Source of the DNA: Selaginella moellendorffii
Lineage: Eukaryota; Plantae; Lycopodiophyta
Reading direction: 5' to 3'
Assembly: GCF_000143415.4 (NCBI RefSeq)
Contig: NW_003314317.1
Span: 310,001 to 374,000, forward strand
DNA: 64,000 nucleotides
Position numbers and translations under genes: made by a program. The notes under the pieces are model-generated. The model had not been told where the DNA came from. It was given only the letters and a program-made list of their open reading frames with translations, and did not search any database. Below, piece after piece: positions 50,512-60,209 of this stretch. The number at the start of each line of letters is the position of its first letter. Position 1 is the stretch's first letter.

Positions 50512-50673
50512 CTTCCCAGGTGATAATTACCCAATACCCGTTGATGCAAAAAAGTACGCGTCGATTTAGCTGATTGTAACGAAAGTCGTTAGAAGGAAAG
50601 AACAAAAAAGAGCAAAGAAAAATCTGCCACAGGCAGCAAATCAATCGCCCAGTCTTGTATGTGATCTACGTGA

Positions 50674-51462
50674 TCATACTTGTTTGCTTGCAGGAGTTTT
50701 GGATCTTCTTCTTCTAGACGGTGGTCTTTCACCTACGTTGGGATCACTTCCATCATCTGGATCATGCTTTGCAAACAACTCTGGGCTTGCTTCCATGCAC
50801 GCTTGCATGGCTAGATAAGGCTCAATGCAGTCTGACCCCTGGACATAGAAATTGACAATGAAAAAAGGCACGAAGACGATGCGATGCATTCTCTCTCGTT
50901 TTCTTTTCCATTTCTTTTTCCCTCGCTTGCTTCTGCCATGCACAGCTTTGGATATGAGCATGGAGCTACGTACCTTCTCTTTGGCCGTGCTCTTGAAGTA
51001 GCACACGAAAGCCTCGCTAAATTGCTTTCCACAGGGGCCCTCACGGAGATCAGCGACGCAGGGACATTCCAGAGCTTTGCGCGCCATGTCGTCGAGAGAC
51101 TGGATCAATCAACGCGAAGAATGTGAGAATCTCTAGTCACGGCATTTTCGAAAGGCAAGAAAAAAGCATCACGAACCTCTGGCTCCTTCTCGCTCTCCGG
51201 TTGGACAGTAGCTTCTGCGAGAGAAAAAGCTTTAGTCTATAGTTCTTATAGAAAACTAAAGGAAAAGGCTGTATCTTCTAATGAAAAAAGAGTGACAAGC
51301 ACGCAAGAACACGAAAGATCACCAGAAACCACTCACCGATCACAAGAAAGCACTCTCGATCCACGAAATATCACACGACAGACAGGAATCACGATCGCGA
51401 GAGAAAATACCTTGCGCAACACCTTGATCCGCCTCTTCGTTTCCCTGCTGCTCCATCCCCAT
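50674..51462 (-). CDS. MIA40: Mitochondrial intermembrane-space oxidoreductase MIA40, multi-exon
   Basis: KALECPCVADLREGPCGKQFSEAFVC..GSDCIEPYLAMQAC (CPC plus twin CX9C). Confidence 0.92.
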
Positions 51463-51491
51463 CGCTAGGCTCGAGCTCTTAGGGCAATGCT

Positions 51492-52112
51492 ATGGCGGAC
51501 GATTCAGCAATGGCGATCTATCACGAGCGCCAGCGCCTCCAGCTCTGCCTTCTCCACGCGCTCAACAATCTTCTCCAGGTAAGCAATGCCAAGCAAGAAC
51601 CCTATAATATTTCTTCTCCTCCCCTCTCTCGCCGCTACTAGGGCCACGATCGATTCACTCGACAGATCCTCGACGCCATAGCCGATTCTCTGGAGGAGCA
51701 GCACGCCACACCCTGGAGCACGCGAAATCTCTTCTTACCGTCCAAGCAGCACAGAAATCCCTTGACAGGGAACTACGATGCCAATGTCCTCATGGCCGCT
51801 TTGTCGAGCCGGGGACTGGAGGCGCGCTGGCACGATCGACGCAGCGCCATCGCCGACGACGATCTATCCCGCCCCAATCTCGCGGGCCTCATCGCCAACA
51901 CGAGCAGCCAGAGGTTCTTGGGGCTGTGGAGGAGCCGCCACTGGATCGCTCTGCGCCGCGTCCACGGATCTTGGTACAACCTCGACAGCGATTTGCCGAT
52001 GCCAGTGGCAATGCGCGGCGCCGACGAGGTCAGAGATTTCCTAAACTCCCTACGCGATCAAGGAGCCGAGCTCTTCTTCGTTTTTAGAAAGGAAGAACAA
52101 GGGGATGAATAG
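51492..52112 (+). CDS. Josephin-like deubiquitinase, 2 exons
   Basis: IYHERQRLQLCLLHALNNLLQ, GNYDANVL, RHWIALR, YNLDSDL. Confidence 0.93.
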
Positions 52113-52162
52113 AAGATTCTAGGCTGTGCCCAGATCCAAACCGACGCGGCCGATTCGATCGA

Positions 52163-52486
52163 TCATACTTCTTCGCTCCAGCCTTCTTCCGTGAGAATCG
52201 CATTGAAGACTCGGTCGATCCTGGTGCCCAGAGGGGGCAAATTCTCGCCATCGCGCTCTGCCTCTTGGATCACTCTCTTTCTCAGAATGGCGAGGCCTTC
52301 CTTGATCACCTGGTTTTCTTCTCGGGCCAGCGCGGCACACTGACCGTTCCGGTGATTCGCCAATTCGTGCTCCATTGATGAAAGATATCCTGCAAAGAGA
52401 ACGAGAGGGACGCCCAAACCAAAATATTTGATTGCTGGCCGAAATAACTCTGCCACCATCTCTAACCCTAAAACTTTTAAAGCCAT
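52163..52486 (-). CDS. 107-aa single-TM plus coiled-coil orphan protein, paralog of 54688-55011
   Basis: Protein-level similarity to 54688-55011 (HR.G.C, EEN...K.GL..LR.RV..E..RDG..LPPL.TR). Confidence 0.75.
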   Translation of the reverse strand: MALKVLGLEMVAELFRPAIKYFGLGVPLVLFAGYLSSMEHELANHRNGQCAALAREENQVIKEGLAILRKRVIQEAERDGENLPPLGTRIDRVFNAILTEEGWSEEV

Positions 52487-52566
52487 GGCAACGCTCTTTC
52501 AGGAATATCGAAATTTGTTTTTGAAATTTAAAGATTTAAAAGTTTAACAACATATAAGAAAACTGA

Positions 52567-52884
52567 TTAAGAGCTTGTTGGAGGAGGAGCAAGAGGAGCA
52601 TGGCAATCCCAGTAAAAACATTGAGTCTTTCCATCATGACCGCTAAAGCATCTTCGCCATGCTTCAACAGGATCTAAAAAACAAAAGACCGAAAAGTTAT
52701 TTGTGGGGAAAATTGCTCTGAAGAGAAAATTATAAGAAACAATCTTACTTCCATCAGGATCTGTCAAAGTAACATGTTCAGGAGCACCAGGAGCTGGAGT
52801 CGGAGGAGAATTCTTCCCAAGAACACATCCGGCCAAAACAAAAGCGAAGAAGCAAATAAAGAAGATAGATTTTGCTGAAGCCAT
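52567..52884 (-). CDS. Small secreted Pro-rich/Cys-containing peptide (~80 aa, one intron)
   Basis: Signal-peptide-like MASAKSIFFICFFAFVLAGCVLG; frame-preserving GTAAG...TTTTTAG intron; TATA-like TATAAATA upstream. Confidence 0.65.
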   Translation of the reverse strand: MASAKSIFFICFFAFVLAGCVLGKNSPPTPAPGAPEHVTLTDPDGSKIVSYNFLFRAIFPTNNFSVFCFLDPVEAWRRCFSGHDGKTQCFYWDCHAPLAPPPTSS

Positions 52885-53049
52885 GTTGAACCAGCTGACT
52901 TTTTGTGAATAAATTTCAAGCTTCAAACCCCACATATTTATAGTAATACTTTGGTGGCAAAAATAAAACACTCTAGGATAACGTTTATTTTTGAAATATG
53001 TATGCGACCATGCTTAACGAAAACAATGGTACAAACATTCTAGTTGTCT

Positions 53050-54508
53050 TTACAACTCGGTTTTGGGGATGGAAGGTCTCTTTGCAGTGGGGCGTGTGAT
53101 CTCCTTGGCGGTGTCTCTGTAGTACATGTTATACAACTCCCTCGAGTAGCGTACGAAGTTGTAGAGGAAATCTACACACGGCAAACTCTACTGTCACGCC
53201 AAAGTTTTTCAGAGAGACCATACCTGGATTTTGCTTCTGGAGGTAGTCGATCTGGATGGGCGAGAAAAGGCTCTGGAGCTGCTCGAAAGGCTCAAACCGC
53301 GGCCTCTGCAAGGATTTCTCGGGCTCTCGGTCCTGCTGCTCGACGTGATCCCGGAGCTCTCGATCATCGCTGGGAGCCTCGACTCGATCGGGCAATGCAG
53401 TCTTCGCTTGGCAGGAGCCCGTTGTTTTGCTGCATTTCTTTATCCATTCGGACGTATTCGTCAAATCTGCGTCCACGAAGATTGTCTTAGACGATCACAA
53501 AAGTCTGTTCTACTGCCTCATACCTGCGAAAGGCGTCCTAGTTCTCTTCTGTTTCTCTCGCGCTTGCAAGCCACCTGATGGAATAACTTACGTAAGTTCG
53601 ATATGAAAACCATCAAGCGAGCTATACCTTTGATGTCACACTTGATCTTGAGAGACGCAGCACCGAGAGGAGTGTCGTTGTTACAGAAAACTCTGATCGG
53701 GCTGGACACTGTGCTCCCGAGAAGTAGGCGCTGGTCGTCATAGGCAGCGAGCAAGAATCGAAAAGTAGAAGCTTCTCCTTTCACCGGGCAGACATGCGTG
53801 CTGGCTTCGTCGATCGCCACGTACAAGTTCCTTGGAGATTTTTGCGTGCCAAAGCGCTGGAGTCCGCGAAGAACCGGACCTTTGCAAGGATTTTTGGAGT
53901 TCTTGCACTTGGAGCGCGTCACTGGGATCCATTTGTAGCTCTGCTGCTGCGTAGATTTTTCCTGGTAATCCTCGATCGGCGACGAGTAGACGAGCAGAAT
54001 GAAGAGATCTATCCTGTTCCCTTGGGTGAAACGGACCTGGAATTTCAAGCAGCTCTCTCGAAGCCGATCGTCGACGTCAGCCGGTCCGACTGGGATCTGG
54101 ACAGTCTCGGAGATTTTCAGCTTCGCGCTCGAGGAAAGCGCGTCTCGTATGATCAGCTTCACGCGATTGTAAGAGCACTTGTGCTTGCCCAGCTTGTAGG
54201 CCCTGGATGAATCAAAGAAGCGAGGGAGAGAGAAATCGGTGAGAATTCGTCGAAATGTGGCAAGATTCGCGCAAGAACCGCGAGGCAATAGCTCAAGAAA
54301 GACGAAATCTCAGCGCCAGGCGCCAAAGACCATACCTTGCTTCCGGCTGCTCCTTGATCGCACGGGGCAAACCGGTCGCCACGCAGCAGCACACTTCCGC
54401 CTCATCGTCCAGAATCCGCGACTCGCATTGGACGAGGGGATCGATTATCGGCGAATTACCGCCATCGCCAGCGCCAAGCTCCCCATCGCCATCGCCAAGC
54501 TCCTCCAT
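53050..54508 (-). CDS. Five-exon protein, candidate Ig-fold (p53/STAT/NDT80/SPT23-type) DNA-binding factor
   Basis: Exons ~54508-54336, 54202-53628, 53575-53524, 53466-53224, 53171-53050 splice in frame with GT-AG; beta-rich core ending SSPIRVFCNND; basic patch KQKRTR. Function is inferred. Confidence 0.7.
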
Positions 54509-54687
54509 ACTAGTAGCCTACATTCTACCCCCATTCAAACCACAGAAGAAACCCTCCGCCCAATGAAACGCTGCCAGCTGCGCAAACCCCCAAAGATCGA
54601 GCATTCTTTGATTTACTGTACGACCAAGGGCCACAGTTAACTTCCGTACACTCTAGGGCTAGGGTTTGTCGATGATAGATCGTCGCG

Positions 54688-55011
54688 ATGGCCGAGAGCG
54701 TAGAGCCGCGGAGGACGATCGGCGCCAGGGTTTTCCTCAAACTCAACCGCAATGGCCACATCCTGGGCGCGATTTCGGCGGCGCTGGCAGGAATCATGCT
54801 GGTGGTGAAGATGAAGAAGGCGGAGGAGCTCCTCAATGAGCACAGGACGGGGCTTTGCGGCCTGTCCGATGGAATGGCGGAGGAGAACCGGCGACTGAAG
54901 CAGGGATTGATGAGCCTCCGGCAGCGTGTGCTGGATGAGGTGAGCCGGGATGGCAAGAAGCTGCCGCCATTGCCCACCAGGCTCAAGCAGATTTTTGATT
55001 CGGTGCAATGA
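54688..55011 (+). CDS. 107-aa single-TM plus coiled-coil orphan protein, paralog of 52163-52486
   Basis: GC3-rich ORF, hydrophobic ILGAISAALAGIMLVV, paralog similarity. Confidence 0.8.
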   Translation: MAESVEPRRTIGARVFLKLNRNGHILGAISAALAGIMLVVKMKKAEELLNEHRTGLCGLSDGMAEENRRLKQGLMSLRQRVLDEVSRDGKKLPPLPTRLKQIFDSVQ

Positions 55012-55413
55012 GCATCGAGAGCTCTGTTCCAGGTGAGGAAAACTCTTCCTTTTTTCCAATGCGGCATTCTTCTCTTCTCTCTCTGTTCTTCATCGACAGA
55101 CTTGAGCTCTCGATCGATTAAGTGGCGTTGTGAAGAAGAAATTTTGGAGCAGTGGGCCTGCTTCTCGCAACTGGTGAAATAATTAGATTCTCTTCTCTTT
55201 CGTTTTCATTCTGTATCTCCTTGAGCAGGATCATCCAAAACATTTTGCTTCGATAGATCCGCAGTGATGCTCAAAACTGGTGGAACGAATAAATTCCTTT
55301 TCTTCGTCTTCGCGTGAGCACGATCGATCGATCTGTGATAGCAAAGTTTGGAGCAGTGAGTGATTCGCAACTGGTAAACGCAGTATATTTTTAGTTTTAC
55401 CGCAGGATAATGA

Positions 55414-56160
55414 TCAAGCTGGTCGTTTTCCTCCTCTTCTACTTCGTCGAGATTGAACTACTGTCCAATCGTCCTCTGGGGCCTCGGTTTCGTTCGATTT
55501 ATCGATGTCCATTGTCTCGGGAATGCTTGCTGGTTCTTTCTCAAGGTTGCTCGTCGATGAGAGCTCTGCGACCTCTCCACTCTCGTCATCGTTGCTTTCC
55601 TGCGAGAAAAACGCTGCCACTGTCAAGTTTCTCTGGCGATCGAAAAGCCCAACCTCTGTATCCTTGCAAATCGATTTTTTCTGAGCTCCGGAGCTAGGAT
55701 TCGCCGACAAAGCCATGCTCTTTACGCGCTCGAAGTTCCCGACACCGCATTCTTCGTTCAAGAACATCACTATTTCCGCTACCTGTGTTCGCACAAATCC
55801 ATCTAGAGTCGAGCGTTTCCAAAATCTCACATTTACCTCTTCGTGACTTCCATCTTCCAGATCCGTGTTAAACGATTCACTCATTGCGTCCTCGAGCAAT
55901 GCTTCCAGATCGTCGATATAGAGCGTTCCTGGGAATTTGCCCGAATTTGAGAATTTAAGACGAATTTGAGAGGATTTCCTCGTACCTTTGGTCTGCGTGA
56001 GGAAGGAAACTACATCCTCGACCAGCTGCTGCGATTTCTGGACAGAATTGCGGCCGCCCCACTCATTCTCCACGGCCAGCTGCAGCGCTGTCCACCGCGA
56101 GAAACACAGCCGGATCCCTTCGGCCAGCATTCCAAGGCGCTCGTCGTTCCATCGCGCCAT
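55414..56160 (-). CDS. TSR2: Pre-rRNA-processing protein TSR2, several short introns
   Basis: FSRWTALQLAVENEWGG; FNTDLEDGS.EEVA; C-terminal DDWTVVQSRR. Confidence 0.92.
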   Translation of the reverse strand: MARWNDERLGMLAEGIRLCFSRWTALQLAVENEWGGRNSVQKSQQLVEDVVSFLTQTKGTRKSSQIRLKFSNSGKFPGTLYIDDLEALLEDAMSESFNTDLEDGSHEEVNVRFWKRSTLDGFVRTQVAEIVMFLNEECGVGNFERVKSMALSANPSSGAQKKSICKDTEVGLFDRQRNLTVAAFFSQESNDDESGEVAELSSTSNLEKEPASIPETMDIDKSNETEAPEDDWTVVQSRRSRRGGKRPA

Positions 56161-56164
56161 TCTT

Positions 56165-56236
56165 GCAAGAACCCTAAACCCAGAATTAGAACCCTAGTTG
56201 CTCCGTGTTCTAGGGCAAGGAGGAGCTAGGGTTTTC
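56165..56236. promoter_or_regulatory. Bidirectional TSR2/NUP50 promoter with telo-box-like motifs
   Basis: AACCCTAA, AACCCTAG and CTAGGGTTTT within the 144 bp between divergent ATGs. Confidence 0.6.
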
Positions 56237-56304
56237 GGAGCGGCAAGAGGTATGTCGGTGGATTCTTGGCGAGCGAGTCTTTAGCTTCCTCTCCACTCTT
56301 GCAG

Positions 56305-57591
56305 ATGGCCGATGCGTCCAACAAGAAACGCGGCGCGCTTCGGCAGATTACCAAGGACGATCGGGCAGACGACGACGAGGAGGATGCCTCTCCATCGGAG
56401 CAAGGGACATTCGCGAGGGCCAGCGACGAGGTACTCGCGACGAGGAAGATTGTCAAGGTCCGGCGGAGTTCTTCCACGGCAGCAGCGCCATCGGGGCCGA
56501 ATTTGTTCGCAAACATCCAGCTCGTAGCTCCCAGCACCGCTCCTCCGGTGGTTTCTTCCACTCCAGCTCCAGCTCCGGTGATGGATTCGCCAGTGAAAGA
56601 TCCGGGCGAGAATGCGAAGGATGGAGGAAAGAATGCGAATGGAAACGGCAACGCCAAGGAAGAGGAAGAGAAGCAAGCAAAGGAAGAGGTGGCTCCAAAC
56701 GAGAATGGGGAGGAGGAGGGTGGCAATCCAGGGAAAGCTCCAGTGGCAGCGGCGCTACCAAAATCCTTCGATCAAGTCTCCTCCAGCGCCAACGCATTTG
56801 GATCTTTCGGCACGGCCTTCTCCACCTCGAGCTTCTCCTTCTCGACGACTGGATCATCGTTTAGCTTCGGGAGCTCGCCGGCAATGGGCTTTGGTTTCTT
56901 TGGCTCCTCCACCACCACCACAACCACCGCGACGCCAGCCGAGGGAGGGAAGTTCCCACTCTTTGGACAGGCGCCGCCGAGCAGCGGCGACACGGCGGCG
57001 CCGCCATCGAGCAGCGGCGGCGGTGGCGGTGGCGGCGGCGGACACCCGACGGTGTCGCTTCAGGAGGTTCCGGTCGAGACGGGGGAGGAGAACGAAAAGG
57101 CGGCGTTCTCCGGCGATGGGATCCTGTACGAGTTCGTGGACAAGAGCTGGAAGGAGCGGGGCAAAGGCGAGCTCAAGCTCAACTTATCCGAGGATTTGAA
57201 GAAGGCCCGGCTGGTGATGCGATCCAGGGGGAACTTGAAGCTGCTGCTCAACGCCAGCCTCTTCCCGGACATGAGGATGAGCAAGATGGACGGGCGGAGC
57301 GTCACGTTTGCGTGTGTCAACAGCGCCGCCGCCGCCGCCAGCGCCGCCAAGGATGGCAAGGCTGTGCTTACCACGTACGCCGTGAAGCTGCGAGACGCGG
57401 CCGGGATTCCAGAGTTCCTGGGGCTGGTTGAGGCGCACAAGGGGATCAGGCCGGCGGCGGAGGTGGCGGAGGCGGCGGAGGAAGCGGAGGAGGTGGCGGC
57501 GGTGGAACAAAAGGCTGATGATCAAAGTGGCAGCGAAGATGCTCAACGAAACGGTGGCGAGGAACAAGCGCCAAAAGAAGAACAGGTGTGA
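56305..57591 (+). CDS. NUP50: Nucleoporin NUP50 with FG region and RanBD
   Basis: KKRGALRQIT, FARASDEVLATRKIVKVRR, FSFG, VETGEENE, WKERGKGELKLN, RLVMRSRGNLKLLLNA. Confidence 0.93.
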   Translation: MADASNKKRGALRQITKDDRADDDEEDASPSEQGTFARASDEVLATRKIVKVRRSSSTAAAPSGPNLFANIQLVAPSTAPPVVSSTPAPAPVMDSPVKDPGENAKDGGKNANGNGNAKEEEEKQAKEEVAPNENGEEEGGNPGKAPVAAALPKSFDQVSSSANAFGSFGTAFSTSSFSFSTTGSSFSFGSSPAMGFGFFGSSTTTTTTATPAEGGKFPLFGQAPPSSGDTAAPPSSSGGGGGGGGGHPTVSLQEVPVETGEENEKAAFSGDGILYEFVDKSWKERGKGELKLNLSEDLKKARLVMRSRGNLKLLLNASLFPDMRMSKMDGRSVTFACVNSAAAAASAAKDGKAVLTTYAVKLRDAAGIPEFLGLVEAHKGIRPAAEVAEAAEEAEEVAAVEQKADDQSGSEDAQRNGGEEQAPKEEQV

Positions 57592-57972
57592 GCGAGCGAT
57601 CTTTCTACATTTTGTTGTGTGCTTGCGATCGATCGATCAACTTCAAAACATTGATATTTGATTGAAATAGACTAATCGGAAGAACAAAGTGATAGCCACC
57701 ATGTCGACCATGTCCGCCACCACGTTACTATCGTTACCATCGGTGATACCGGCGTTGGTAGTGGGGCTGGCCCTGGAACTGGAACGTGACCCTGCGCATC
57801 GTCAAGGTGGACGTGATTATACCACATGTGAATTGGCGTCATAGCTGTCTATCTAGGGTTTGTGAGATTCGATTTCATACGGTAGAATATACTAGAAGAA
57901 GAATATGCTTTTAAAGATTCGATTTACTCTAGAAGGAGAATATTCTAGCTCTTGCTCTTGCGCTAGGGCTAG

Positions 57973-58854
<882 letters not shown>

Positions 58855-59087
58855 AGTGCGTGTGTATTTAGCAGCAAGAACTCTTAAGAACAAGAACAAG
58901 TAAAACAGGAACTTTCAAGAACAAGAACAATAGTGTATTAATCCTTTATCATCATCTTCTGGAAGAAAATCTACAAATTACTCGAAGAACATATATCGCA
59001 GCTAGAAGCTATAACTGTTCGAGATTTTGTATATAAGCTTTATTTTCAGTTTTCTTATGTTCTTAGAGAATAAACTTTTATCCATTT

Positions 59088-59145
59088 CTGGTCGTCCGAT
59101 TCCAACGGTCAAATTTAAATCCTGGCCGTCCGATTTCAACGGTCA
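59088..59145 (+). promoter_or_regulatory. Two 24-bp direct repeats, each containing an MSA-like element (YCYAACGGYYA)
   Basis: CTGGTCGTCCGATTCCAACGGTCA (59088-59111) and CTGGCCGTCCGATTTCAACGGTCA (59122-59145). Confidence 0.55.
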
Positions 59146-59485
59146 CATTTTCTTCAAACTGAATCAAAATCAGGTTTTGGATCCATTGGTTTCTTATTAT
59201 CTCCATACGCGCTCCCTTTATCATCCCATTCATCCCAATGGAACTTGCTCCTTCATGGTGAGAGCTGTGGAGAACAACGTTTGAAATTGAGCGAATGGTT
59301 TGCTGGATCGTTTCCTTCTTGGATGTTTTTCCCATGACATCTCCGTGGAGCTTTTGCTTGACGAACACTGTGCGATTGGATCGGCTGTGTCGAAGTCCCT
59401 AGAGTTCAGGTGCGAGCTGGCTCTCTGGATCCATTGCGTAGTTTTTCTAGAACTTAATGTTGATCACACAGATTTGTTTTGATAC

Positions 59486-59580
59486 AGTGAGGATGGAACG
59501 CTCTTGGCTGCCACTACAAGCGGTGGCAAAACCTTTGTGTGGGGACTTGATGGAGGCCATTGTTTGCGCATTCACTCTTC
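59486..59580 (+). pseudogene. WD40-repeat gene fragment
   Basis: SEDGTLLAATTSGGKTFVWGLDGGHCLRI; a related NDGKIFVWGL occurs on the minus strand at ~29640-29670. Confidence 0.45.
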
Positions 59581-60209
59581 AGGCGATGTTCATGGCCGCA
59601 GGTCCATCTAGCGTCAAGAAAAGCTGACAAAACAGTTTCTTTCACTCTCGTGGCTTCCAGGCCATAAGACTGGAACGCACGAGAGCTTCGCACACATCCT
59701 TTCTCAGCCTCTGGCATAAAGCTACTGGAGTTGTAACTATTGCTTCCTTTGCTTCTCACACAAGGTAATAACTCATCTCGTGAACAAGCCGGTGATAGTG
59801 TTACTTCTAGTCTTGGCAACTTTTTTTGTTTCCCACCAAGCCTTGAAGAAAACAAAAAACTGTTTTTCTGAATCAGCAAAGTTTAAATGCTACAAACACT
59901 CAGTATTTGATCTTCCTTCCTAGCTTGCACTTACACCATCAATCGGTGTAGAAAGCTGTGTATGACCAGACAAAACTCCGGAACCACCAGCAACCTCTGT
60001 TTTGTAAGATATCTCCGCTCACTTCTTGCCTTGATGACGTTAGAGCCACCTTCTCTCCAACCGATGAAAATCTGCCACCGAAGTTCTATCACTCCCGACG
60101 GGGATCATCACGGAGTGTTAAGCCGGCCTTCAAGTTTTGATCCACATGCCTGCGACAACTTGATCCCGTCCACTGCACATCCTGATGCATTTGCATCGAA
60201 AGCTGGAAC

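Noticed and set aside
55143-55381. Short duplicated TTTGGAGCAGTG...TCGCAACTGGT segments in a 3' region
   Set aside because: Small local duplication with no evidence of function
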